Of a DNA stretch of 64,000 nucleotides, positions 43,189 to 53,635 are shown piece after piece. This DNA is from Candidatus Thorarchaeota archaeon (GTDB lineage Archaea > Asgardarchaeota > Thorarchaeia > Thorarchaeales > Thorarchaeaceae): assembly GCA_963726195.1 (NCBI GenBank), contig CAVSBO010000003.1, positions 736,001 to 800,000 on the forward strand, read 5' to 3'. Under the pieces are notes generated by a model. The model was given only the letters and a program-made list of their open reading frames with translations. It ran no database searches and was not told the origin of the DNA. Both the position numbers and the translations under genes were made by a program. Numbering within the stretch: position 1 is the stretch's first letter; every line of letters begins with the position of its first letter.

Positions 43189-43899
43189 ATGGACGCTTGG
43201 ATAAAGGTCATCGTCGTGCTGATGATGGTGTCGGCACTGAGCATGATCATAGGGGATCTAATGTTCGATCCATTTGTGGGCTTGATACTGTTGAGTGTCT
43301 TGCTCACATTGATGGTGGTGACCCTGGACCCAGCCACCGGAAAGGCGATGGCTCAGGTTACCATTCCAATCGTTCTCATTCTGTTCGCTTTTCAAGTATT
43401 CCTGAATCCGGGCTTCCAGTTCCAGATATGGATGCTCTTTGTGGTCGGCGCACTTCTGTACATGCTGTTCACCCTCTTTACTGGCGGTGGTGGAACTCTT
43501 GAAGGCGGAATCATCGATGCCAAGCTCTCTCTGAAGCTCTTTCCGCTCTATGGTCTGGCGATAATCATCTCGGTCATTGTGGACCCAACGCGCCGCACGG
43601 CAGTGTATATCATGGTCGGCACTGTGGGTTCACTGATGAGCCTGTACATGGTCTTCCTTCGCAACTACGACAAGTGGCCACAGTATACATACGGTAAGAC
43701 ACGCGATATCACCGCTCTCACAGACATCAATCCAAAGGGCAAAGTTGGGGTGGGATCGGAAATCTGGTGGGCCCGGACAACCGGCCCTCCCATCAGGCAG
43801 GGTGAGAAAGTCATTGTGAAGGCAATGACAGGGCTCACGATGATAGTCGCAAGAGATGAAGAGAGATACTCTCAGGCTGTAGAAGGCCGCAATGATTAG
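43189..43899 (+). CDS. NfeD-like membrane protein (stomatin operon partner)
   Basis: Six TM segments plus C-terminal OB fold INPKGKVGVGSEIWWAR..PIRQGEKVIV...GLTMIV. Confidence 0.8.
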   Translation: MDAWIKVIVVLMMVSALSMIIGDLMFDPFVGLILLSVLLTLMVVTLDPATGKAMAQVTIPIVLILFAFQVFLNPGFQFQIWMLFVVGALLYMLFTLFTGGGGTLEGGIIDAKLSLKLFPLYGLAIIISVIVDPTRRTAVYIMVGTVGSLMSLYMVFLRNYDKWPQYTYGKTRDITALTDINPKGKVGVGSEIWWARTTGPPIRQGEKVIVKAMTGLTMIVARDEERYSQAVEGRND

Positions 43900-43929
43900 C
43901 AAGATTGAGCCGTTGCTTAGCCGGCTCAA

Positions 43930-44744
43930 TCACTTCTTTTCCATCTTCCAGTTTCTCAGGAACACAAACAGGACTAGGAAGCCGAGGAGGAACCCGGGTA
44001 TAGTCGAAACGCCCCACTCAATCTGAAATAGCTCGGGGCGGCCACCGATGTATGTGGGTAGACAGGAAATAGCACGTATGCGATCATGTTCCAGACAAAA
44101 TGGAATGCAATGGGTGCCCATAGCCTGTTGCCGGACAGATAATAGGTGAGACCCAACACAACGCCGCCGAGAAACATGTTAAATGCAAAGATAGCCACAA
44201 GCAGATACGGGACCGACCCCAAGGGCAGCCACCAATTGAAATGAAGCAGGGAGAACACTAGCGAACTGGCACATACCCCTACTGGAAGCCCCCACAGTTT
44301 CGTCATTCGTGACATTAGATAGCCCCTGTAACAGAGCTCCTCGAACACTGCGACAGGAGTCGTGATGATGATTTCACCGGCCAAGAGGTCACCAGTGATT
44401 TCTGATGCTGAACGCAATTGCCCTCCAAACAGCAAAGCCACCAATAGTACGAAGCCTGCCGCTACGATGCCTGCGATTGCGCCAACTGCCAACAGCGAAT
44501 TGGTCTTTGAGTCAACGGTCAATCCCAGCTCCGTGACCGACCTGCCGCCCTCCCATCGTACGAAGATAACAGCTGCAAAGTACATCAACGCAAAGGTCGC
44601 GAAGAACAGGAGCGTGTTTACCATATCATATATGTCGGACCCATACACTGCCGCCGTCAATATAGGAGAGAGCTCGACAATAAGAAGCATGATCAGAGAA
44701 AACAGGACAACCCTGACGAACACAATGCTGCTGGCTCCACTCAT
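43930..44744 (-). CDS. CPBP/Abi (CAAX protease-like) intramembrane metalloprotease, frameshift near 44040
   Basis: FEELCYRG, FSLLH, PIAFHFVWN. Confidence 0.9.
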
Positions 44745-45023
44745 GCGTTGGGTTCACAGATAGCTGCTCATAAACCTCATCATGTTGGTCCCTTGCCTGA
44801 TGACGTGCCCAACGAAACCTCATCTTCAACTCGGACACGAGCTTTGCCATTGGACCACGCTCTTGTGTGGACGAGGCCATGTGAGTCCCGCTCGCGACAG
44901 GATACGTATGACGAACTCATTTAAGGAGCCAGAATATTCAGTAATCCGGATTACCTCCGTTTCACTCGGAGAGATATAAGACCGCTACCACGGTGTTGCG
45001 AGAATCAATAGGAGCGAGTCTGT

Positions 45024-46247
45024 TTGTCAGAAACACGGCGTCTGTTGTTGGATTACGAAACCGATGAAGTTGGTCGGCTGGCCAAGGATGATTCGAGAAT
45101 TCGAGCAGCTCTCATCCAAGCCTTTTCTGATTCATCTGAAATCGTTAGAGAGAGAGCCCTGTTGGCTGCAATCGAGCTCGGGGACCCTCATATTGTAACG
45201 GACGCGTCGAAGACCTTGACTGACGACGATGCTGATGTCAGAGTCGCAGCTGCTCAGCTACTGGCTTGGTATGGCCGAGCCGCGAACTGTTCCAGACCTC
45301 CTTAGGGGACTCAAGGACTCCAACACATGGGTTAGATCACACTGCGCTGCGGGGCTGTCAAAGCTCTTCCTGGCCCAACTTGGGCTCGTGTGCCCAGCAA
45401 GGACATCGACCTATTGGTCTCAGGCCTTCCCGGAATGAGTAATGACGACGTTAGCAGGTTCCTTACCGGACTGGGCATTCAATCCCAAGCGGCAGATCGG
45501 TTCATGACATGGCGCGATGCAAAGTTCAACGTCGAAATCGACATGAGAATAATGCTTGAGGAACTCGAGGGAAAACCCATCATACTGACCGAAGAGAGGA
45601 GGCCAACCAAAGGAAAGACGGTTGAAGCTCCGGGGCTAGCAAGAGGCCTCAGTTTGTCTCCGGGGGTTGAAGCAATACTGGCAGAGCTGCCGGAGCAAAT
45701 CAGAGCTACTCTGCCTCCTGAAGACTTGAGACGCCTGAATGCTACGACGGCTAGAGAACTGGTCGACTCACTCAAGGCGTCATTTCCACGCGAATCCAAG
45801 AAGCCCATCAAAGTTCGGAGAGTCAAGAGAGTCCGGAAGGTGGCGGTTGGACAGACACGAGAGGAATTGATAGGAAGTCTGCCCGACGAAGTGAAAGAGG
45901 AAGTTTCACCAGAGATAATGGACAGTTTGACCAAAGAGGAACTTGAAGCTCTGGTCGGCAAGTCCTCCGAGGAACAGGAGGTCGAGGTGGAGATCGGAGA
46001 GGAAGCCGCTCTGACAGAAGTCGCTGAAGAGCCAAAGGTAGTGGTCGCGAAAGTAGCTTCAGCACCGAGCACACAACAAGCTGATCCGCGTTGGCAGGAA
46101 TTGGTGACTGCTTACGGAGAGGCTAAAGCATACCTGCTCATACAAGTTCCACCCCACATGTTGGAAGGGCTACCGCCCGAACAGATACGGGAAATGGACA
46201 TGGACACTCTCAAGAGCCTCACTGACGCACTCAAGCCTAGGGAATAG
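45024..46247 (+). CDS. HEAT/PBS-repeat protein with repeated LP-x-E/Q helical motifs; frameshifts near 45270 and 45375
   Basis: DSSEIVRERAL, DDDADVRVAAAQLL, DSNTWVRSHCAAGL repeats; three LPxx(I/V/L)xxxxxPExxxx units. Confidence 0.7.
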
Positions 46248-46250
46248 GTA

Positions 46251-47522
46251 TCACTCTTTGCCGCGTATAACGATCGCAAACTCACTCGCAAGTCGCCCGT
46301 ACCATTCCAGAAGGTCCCGCATGTTGTCAACATGCCTGTAGGTACCATTGCCGTGGTCTGCCATAGCTAGCATGAGCTCTTCGTCAATCTCGCTCCGTTC
46401 ACCCAAGCCGATGCAATATACGACAAACTTCCTGTGACCAGAGAATCGTTCTTTCAGAATCTTCAGTGGAGCGGGCCCAGTAGTAGTCATTCCATCGGTC
46501 AGCATGATAAGCATAGTCGGTTTCTTGGGGTCACCAAAGGCGTCGAGTATCTCGCCAGCCTTCATCAGTGCATCTCCCATATTGGTGAGCGTGCCGCCCT
46601 CCTCCACCTTGTCGATGACATGCGTACTAATGACTTGTAGACCTAGGGCCTTGTTCTTTCCCGTGCATTCAACATACGGTCTTACGTCACCTGTGTCCGG
46701 GTCCATGAAAGTCATTTCACTTACTCCCTTTTCGAAAGTGATAACGGCCACTTTTTCACCATAGCCCCGGCCTACCTTTTCGGCAAGGTATAGTAGAACA
46801 GCCATCGCCGCGGCCTCGGCGCGGGTGACGCTCGTGCCTTCCTCGAATCGGTCTAGAAAAGCTTGGACGTCCGGATTGTCGCCGGCGAGGTCTTTGAGCC
46901 CCTCCCTTGCGTGAGCGATATCTTTCACGGGTACGTCGCCAGTCTTCATCGAACCGCTTGTATCGATGCAAAGGATTGCATTGAATGGCGTTGATATCCC
47001 CACAGTCTTGAACTGATAACCAGTCTTGTTCCTCAATGCCTCGAAGGCGAGCTTCGCGAAATTCCTGCCAGTAAGGGCCGGTCTTGTATTCAGTATCTCA
47101 ACCTTGACTCCTAGCTCGGGCCAGCTAAATGACATTCCCGGGTACACGAGCCGCCCTCCAATGAGCTTCTCAAGTGAGGACACTTTTTCCGCTGCGCGTG
47201 TCACGAGATCCTCGGTATTGGCATCCTCAGTTAGAGGCTTGAGGCCGAACTCGACGTAGTCAAGAGCAGTCATGGGGCGGTCGTACAGTGTCACATCAAC
47301 CCTATCGCCCTCCATCAACAAGGACGCTTCCAGCACAAGGCTGTCGACTATCATCTTGTTCTGAGGGACATCGGGGCTCTTTCGAATCTCGGCGGCGCCC
47401 CAGAAACCGCTCTCAGGATCTTCAAATAGCACGATGGAACCGATATCCGCTTTGAGAGTCTCAGCGGTTTTGGGATGAAGGCTCGCATAGCCCTTTAGCT
47501 CTCCGCCGTCGACGATTTCCAA
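46251..47522 (-). CDS. CDC48/VAT-N-like (double-psi barrel + beta-clam) domain fused to vWA domain with intact MIDAS
   Basis: ASLHPKTAETLKADIGSIV...MIVDSLVLEASLLMEGDRVDV; LIGGRLVYPGM; ILCIDTSGSM, TNMGDAL, LTDG, YCIGLG. The true start may be a few codons upstream. Confidence 0.75.
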   Translation of the reverse strand: MEIVDGGELKGYASLHPKTAETLKADIGSIVLFEDPESGFWGAAEIRKSPDVPQNKMIVDSLVLEASLLMEGDRVDVTLYDRPMTALDYVEFGLKPLTEDANTEDLVTRAAEKVSSLEKLIGGRLVYPGMSFSWPELGVKVEILNTRPALTGRNFAKLAFEALRNKTGYQFKTVGISTPFNAILCIDTSGSMKTGDVPVKDIAHAREGLKDLAGDNPDVQAFLDRFEEGTSVTRAEAAAMAVLLYLAEKVGRGYGEKVAVITFEKGVSEMTFMDPDTGDVRPYVECTGKNKALGLQVISTHVIDKVEEGGTLTNMGDALMKAGEILDAFGDPKKPTMLIMLTDGMTTTGPAPLKILKERFSGHRKFVVYCIGLGERSEIDEELMLAMADHGNGTYRHVDNMRDLLEWYGRLASEFAIVIRGKE

Positions 47523-47606
47523 GGTGAGTTTCTTAACGATACCGCGTTCCTCCGCCGAGATGACGGTGGATGGTCAGACTCTGATGTTATAAACAATTTC
47601 ACGCTA

Positions 47607-49121
47607 CTACTTCGTTTTGAGTGTCTCTAACACCTCGTCCGAGAGCGTATCAAACGAGTCTGCATACACAGTATGTTCATCGAGACTCTTTAGCAGAAGA
47701 GGCTCGGACCCCGGTAAGCCTAACCCGGTTGCGTTCGATCCCACGCCACCGCATGTGCTTGTCACTGCAAAACTGACGAGTTTGTCGGAACGGCGTCGCA
47801 CCCAAATGTGAAGCTCTTCAGCATCAGACCTTGACCTCAGCGTCAAGACGTAGCAATCAGCATCGACCCCACCTGCTGATGCCGTGGGTGACGCTTCAGG
47901 AGCCGCCGAGACACCCGGCGTTGGCAGAATGAGATCGAGAGACGAAACATCCCAATGCTCGTCTTTCACAACAGACATGAGGACATTCTCGAAACTATCA
48001 AGACCTTGACCCTTATCGTCTCTAAATGCGACCTGCTTAGGGCGCCGCCGACTCGTGCCACGTGTCGCAAAGGGCTTCTGTACTAAGTGGAGCGCGTTTT
48101 CTCCAAGTATTCTCTGGATATCCGATGAGTTTCCAATGAAATCCCTTGATAGTAAGTGCAAAATAGCTTCGGCCGCGTGAAGCGAGAAGAAACTGTAGTC
48201 AGTCCCAAAGAGGATTTTGCTGGACCAACTACTCGTGGACCCGACATTGTGTTCATGCGCCGTCTCCATCAACACCGGGAGGTCCTGACCATGAAGACCT
48301 GAAGTCTCAGTGAAGAAGACGGGGTCCATGAGAGTCTCATGGAGAAATGAATCGCCGGGACTCATGGCAGAATGTGCGACTATGATGTGCATTCCGGCCA
48401 GGCTTTCTGCGCATGATTCGTCTGAGCGCATTCCGTCCACGAGGTTCTTTATCCTTCTGACAGTCCTGATGTTCCTAGCGTCGAATATCACGGGAACTCG
48501 CAGCTCTCCGGCTTTTTTCACCACTCGTTTTGTTATGTCGTCTTCAATGTCATCCAGAAACAATTGAGCTAGCGGGTGCAACTTGAGACCGCGTAGTCCT
48601 AGCTGTGTGACTGCTCTCTGTAATTCTCGGACCGCTGTCTCAGCGCCAATTGTCCTCGCATCCGTAGGGTCAACGCGTGCAAAACCGATGAGCCGTGTTG
48701 AGTGAGGAGCTCTTGTCGTCCAGCTCGCGATTCTGTCATTTGAGAGCTTGAATGAGGCTACTAACTTGTTGTCGCTCTTGGCATAGTCGTCGGAGAAGGG
48801 AAACACTACTGTCCTATCGACAAGCCAGCCATGATTCATCTCAGCCCAGCTTTTTCTCAAATTGAAGCACTTTGAAACCACATGCAGCGGCTCGACATCC
48901 AAAGGCTCATAGAGGAGCTCATCCTTCTCAAGCCGCTCCTTGGCCATTCGCCGCAACTCGAACCAAAGAAGGGAGTAGAATGAGTAAGCTCCAGCAGGCG
49001 TGTTTTGGTGGCTGCCCTCACGTCCCATGTGATGATGAGCATCAACCACGTAGAACCGGAACACGTCTCCTTTCTTTATCCCATGCTCAGGTTGATCCTC
49101 AACGGCGCGGACAACGAGCAT
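47607..49121 (-). CDS. Amidohydrolase_2-family TIM-barrel metallohydrolase with C-terminal extension
   Basis: VDAHHHMG, IGFARVDP, LRGLKLHP, IVAH, ETS, ILFGTDY, ILGENA. Confidence 0.85.
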   Translation of the reverse strand: MLVVRAVEDQPEHGIKKGDVFRFYVVDAHHHMGREGSHQNTPAGAYSFYSLLWFELRRMAKERLEKDELLYEPLDVEPLHVVSKCFNLRKSWAEMNHGWLVDRTVVFPFSDDYAKSDNKLVASFKLSNDRIASWTTRAPHSTRLIGFARVDPTDARTIGAETAVRELQRAVTQLGLRGLKLHPLAQLFLDDIEDDITKRVVKKAGELRVPVIFDARNIRTVRRIKNLVDGMRSDESCAESLAGMHIIVAHSAMSPGDSFLHETLMDPVFFTETSGLHGQDLPVLMETAHEHNVGSTSSWSSKILFGTDYSFFSLHAAEAILHLLSRDFIGNSSDIQRILGENALHLVQKPFATRGTSRRRPKQVAFRDDKGQGLDSFENVLMSVVKDEHWDVSSLDLILPTPGVSAAPEASPTASAGGVDADCYVLTLRSRSDAEELHIWVRRRSDKLVSFAVTSTCGGVGSNATGLGLPGSEPLLLKSLDEHTVYADSFDTLSDEVLETLKTK

Positions 49122-49285
49122 CTACGCTCTTCTCCGTCAGACCTAATGCCAGTGTTCGTGATAAACATTTCATGTCAGTGACTCTGTCATCCGGACAAGA
49201 CCGGTTTGATGCGGTGCTCTCTGCATTAGGCATATATCGTTAGGCGCTGTGAACGATGCCATCGGCCAGAGTGGAGCTTGATTGA

Positions 49286-51947
49286 ATGATAGTCGTTGAG
49301 GACATCGAAAGCAGGGAAATCAAACCCTTGTTTATCGCCGACTCATTCGTTCAGCTCGGATTAGTCAGAGCCGGGACCGAAGTCCGTTCATTTGACCCCG
49401 GCAGGATACTATCCTTCTATGGCATGCTCGAAGGGCAGCTCCACGACTTGGCATCAAGGTATCCGGGGGCATTCAAGCATCTTCCTCGCAAAGCCTACGC
49501 CTATCTGAAGCGTCCCCCAATCTTGACCGAGATTCATTCCAGCGGCCTGGATCCTTCCAACACTAGCTGGTTTGTTGACCTGTTCTTTGCAAGACCCCTG
49601 ATATCCATTGGGGGGCAACAGACTTTCTGAACAGCATCAGAACAAGAATGCCGAACTAACCCGGAGGTGGTCTGAGCAGCTGCCTCACAGTCCTCGGTTC
49701 TACTATCTTCAGGATATGCGTCAAGGGAGAATCGGCTCACCAGGATGGGGTTGTGTTCTCAGTCCGACCGACTTGGGAAACTCACAGAGTGGGCCGAGTG
49801 GCTCGGAGCTCCGTCGATATGTGGAATCGGGATTACCAGTATTCATGGAGTGGACAAGTATGATGATCTGGATCTCTTGGTCAAGTGGTTAGTAGAGCTG
49901 AAAGAATGCCAAGATGGGCAGTCCAAATCTGATGCTTTCTGTACGGAGTTACAAGGAGTGGGGCGAGGGAATAACGAAGTTGCTCGAAATCCCGAGCGCC
50001 AGATTGCTGACCTCCGGGGCAACGATAGGGTTGCTCTCCACAGTAATATCACACCTTCGGAAGAACACTGACATCGTTCCATGGTCCAGCAAGCTCGTCT
50101 TCGGTAGCGGGTATCCTGAGACTCACACAGGTGATAGCATATCTGAGGTGTTGAGCTTCCTATTGAGTCGGAACTTGGCCGCTTCCACGGATGACCTGCA
50201 GCGGATATTTGCCACCAACTTGCTGTCAGTTCTGCCTCCGAGACCTCCTTTCCTCGACTACCGGAGCAGCAATGACACAGTGGTGTCAGAAGGAATGTTT
50301 GGTAAGGCATGTATCAAAGAACTGGCAAGAGTGCTTCTTTTGCTAGCGACAAAGGGAAGGCTCTATGTCTACTCTGTCGATCATATGCTGTCCAGTGACA
50401 GTGGCTCCGTAGACCTAAACTGCGGGATTGTTACTCTGAAGGACCCCGCCTCTTTGACCGCAAGTAGTCTGGCTATCCTCATCGAACGCGACGGCACTCT
50501 CAGGATTGCTGGTTGGCGAAACGCCTTTGGAGAAACTTCATCATCGAGAAGAAGCGAAGTTCTGGCGACACTGATCAGGGCCTCAACTCACTCCAGCGGT
50601 CCGATTCTGACTTCGCCGGCCCACTTGAGCCAATTCGATTGGGCGGTCCTAAGATGCCTTCAACTGAAGGATTCACAGGAAGTCCTCTCTTCTCTGCACT
50701 TCAAGGTGGAGCCAGATGATGTCCAGCCGCGACTTGTTGTTGTATCGCGTGATGATATGAATGCTCTCGGCCTATCTGAAGGGGATACTGTGCTAGCCCT
50801 AGTTGGAGGCACTGGAGAATGGTTATCGGCCAAGGCTGCACGGCACGAAGGCCCGAGCAGGCGGGTCCTGATATCCAGAAAGGACGCGCTCCTCTTTGGG
50901 CTCAGCGACCGGACTTTGGTAGATCTGGTGAAATACGAAGGCCATGTTTCTGAACTCGATGAGGCAGTGTTTTCATTCTCAATCTCCAAGCGATGGCCCG
51001 ATGGAGAACTCTCATCCTATATCTATCTGCATGATAAGCCTCTTAGAAGAGAACTTGAGAACCGAGCGTTAGGACTTGGCATGAAACTGAGGATCGGAAG
51101 AGGAGAGCACAAGCTAACCCTGAGCTTAGCTCATACAGAACCTGAACTTGTGCCTGGACAAGTTGGCGTCGCTCCTTCATCCGCAATATCATTCTGGCCA
51201 GCTCAGCTGCTCGAAGATGTGAATATCATCCTGTGTCTTCTAAATGACCAAAGCATGAAAACCAGAGACGTTAGAATAAGAACTGTGTCTTCTGCTCAGA
51301 GAAGGTTCACTCGCTTCTCTGGTCAAATGCCCGAGCTCGGTGCTTTCCTTTCCAGACTCGGAGCGCAGGCAACTCGGGCTGAACTGGCAGGCCTGATTTC
51401 CCTGTTGACAATCCAACAAATGTCTGCAAACCGTACCGAAGGACGCCTTGCCTTTGTAAGTATCTCGGACCAAGCACACAAGTACTGCATTCAGAAGGGG
51501 GGTCAAGTGCAGCCCTATGCCGAGTTCCTTCACGACCTGTCGACTCGCGAAGTCCTGATCTCACTTGTCTATTCTGTACTGGATTCGCTCGGTGAAGCTG
51601 ACAAGCAGTTAAACGTGGCGGCGGTCTATCATTCTGTTGCTGAGCTCTTGCAAGAATTCGGGACTGAAAGGCCTACTCTGGTCATAGTCATTGGAAATCA
51701 GCTGAAAGGCAATGAAGAAGAAGTTGAACCCTTCTTGAGCCGATTCTCGGAACTCGGCCGTTATCAGATGGACATTCTTGGCCTTGGAGATGACTTTGAT
51801 GCTAGGGAAACCCGCAAGATGGTCAAATCTCTGAACGCCCGCATAATCCCCATCAAGTCCTTCTCTGCGCAGCTCTATGATGATTACTTGCTGTCCGCCA
51901 TCGGTCGGCTATTGTCGGACAAGGCTCAAACCGGACCAAGTGACTAG
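49286..51947 (+). CDS. Fusion protein: degenerate amidohydrolase + CDC48-N-like + degenerate vWA; frameshifts near 49615, 49775 and 49910
   Basis: Four overlapping ORF pieces whose segments align by eye with the two minus-strand neighbours (see finding). Confidence 0.7.
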
Positions 51948-51975
51948 TTGCATTGCACTGACAGAGACAAACTCG

Positions 51976-53106
51976 CTAAGTGATCATAGTCTGGTAAGTC
52001 TGGACAGCTGCCGTCTTCGATCCACAGAGAACTTCCACTCTCAAACTCGCCTTGCCCTTCTCATCCGACATCGCGATGAGCCCAACGTTGATGGTCTCGT
52101 CTGCTCTCGGGTTGATTTCATGCAGCTCATTCGCTATCTCGGACACCCCGTCAGATGTGATGAGACTAGCGACGATTCGAATCCCGACGTGTGCAGGACT
52201 AGGGTTTCGCACTCTGATTCTGAATGGAAAAGACTTACCCGGCAGTATTGTGTTCGGCACGTTTCCAAGTTCCACGGTGAGGCTTGTTTGAGATGGTGTC
52301 AGTGGTCGGCCACTTGGCCAAGCAGGAATTCGTCCTCAGCTCAATGAGCCTCGACAACGAGGTCTTGAATGCCCTAACTTCCAGGCCAAGCTCAGTCGCC
52401 GCTTCGCCTATATCGAAAACACCATCGTGAGAGACGTAGTGAGCAAGAATGCGCCGGTCGACTTCGATAAGGTCGCCCAAGCCCTCAAGTATTGTTAGGA
52501 TTGCCTCGGGAAGCTGGTAGGCTTCCGTTAGAGAATAGTACTTTCCACCATCAACAGACTCAGCAATGCTTCTGAAAGATTGCTCCACTAACGGATTGCA
52601 GACCGCAGACAAAAACGAACATCGTGTCGCCGTGAAGTCTCTTCAGCGACTGGACCTCAGACCGAGGATCATGTCCGTCGGGGCATCCGTCAGGGAAGTA
52701 GTCATCTGCGAGTGTGTTGTAGGTTCTCCCGTGAGGAGGCGCATCACCCACCAGAAGGAGGACCTTGTATGAATCCTTCTCCCACGAGAGCTTGGTTCGA
52801 GCATCGTAGAGACCGTCAGCTGACTGCCTCTGGGATATCGCCACCTTCAGACGGATTCAACGCCGAGATTTCCTTGTATACTGACTTGATCTTGTCAGTA
52901 AAATCGAAGACGCGCGTGACGTATGTGTAATCTTGTGGTGGATGGTCGCGATAAGAAACAATCCCGAATCGGATGTGCAATCCCTTTGTCCTTTCCACAA
53001 CTTTGTCCACTATTCGGAAAAGACTGTCTCGTACTGCATTTATGTCGTCCTTCATCGACCCCGTGGTATCGACAACGAAGGCGATATCCAGGTTCGTTTC
53101 TGCCAG
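51976..53106 (-). CDS. vWA domain + wHTH + Ig-like domain protein; frameshifts near 52820, 52610 and 52320
   Basis: NLDIAFVVDTTGSM, FGIVSYRDHPPQD, GGDIPEAV-ADGL, VGDAPPHG, DGCP; then DIGEAATELGL wHTH; then LPGKSFPFRIRVRNP beta-sandwich. Start codon uncertain (CTG after GGAGTGA). Confidence 0.75.
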
Positions 53107-53215
53107 CCCAATTCACTCCGGCTGTGCGTCGAGGACCAGCCGCAATTAAGCCTTTGTAACCACAGGCCACAGCACATTTTAGGTCTGAAGCTAAACGTTT
53201 GCTGTCGTGAGTTTG

Positions 53216-53608
53216 ATGAGTGAAAGCGAAGTGCCCATAGAACTCGAATTCGGAGAAGGACTGGTTCTGAAAGGCGTACTGGACCGAATCCTTGGCCCAC
53301 TGATAGTCGAGGAAATCAAGTACCGGCTCCCAATCACTGGGAAGGCCGCCGTGATTGCCGGACAGGTGAAAATTACCGTGGGGTTGAAAGCCGGGAATCT
53401 GAAAGCATCGACAGATGCCAAGCAAGGGGACATAGCGTACAACCCGCTAGGAGACTCTCTCGATATCTACCTGAAGGACATGCATGTTACTGGTCGAGTC
53501 AACATAATCGGGAGGATAACATCGAGCAAGGATTCTCTGGAAAAGTTAGCGAGCATAAGACGAGGTGCCAATGTCCTTATCCGCTCCGCAAGTCAGGCAA
53601 AGCGATAG
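53216..53608 (+). CDS. Cyclophilin-like fold protein (DUF369/TM1367-like)
   Basis: LPITG...GQV, GDIAYNPLGDSLDIY, VNIIGRI. Confidence 0.7.
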   Translation: MSESEVPIELEFGEGLVLKGVLDRILGPLIVEEIKYRLPITGKAAVIAGQVKITVGLKAGNLKASTDAKQGDIAYNPLGDSLDIYLKDMHVTGRVNIIGRITSSKDSLEKLASIRRGANVLIRSASQAKR

Positions 53609-53635
53609 GCATAGAATTCCGCTCTGGTGACGACT

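Noticed and set aside
44626-44979. Short ORFs upstream of the CPBP protease
   Set aside because: They overlap the protease or promoter region and have no motif support
49286-51947. Calling the fusion gene a pseudogene
   Set aside because: Its frameshift density matches other genes in the window, and a 677-codon stop-free stretch despite deep divergence argues for selection
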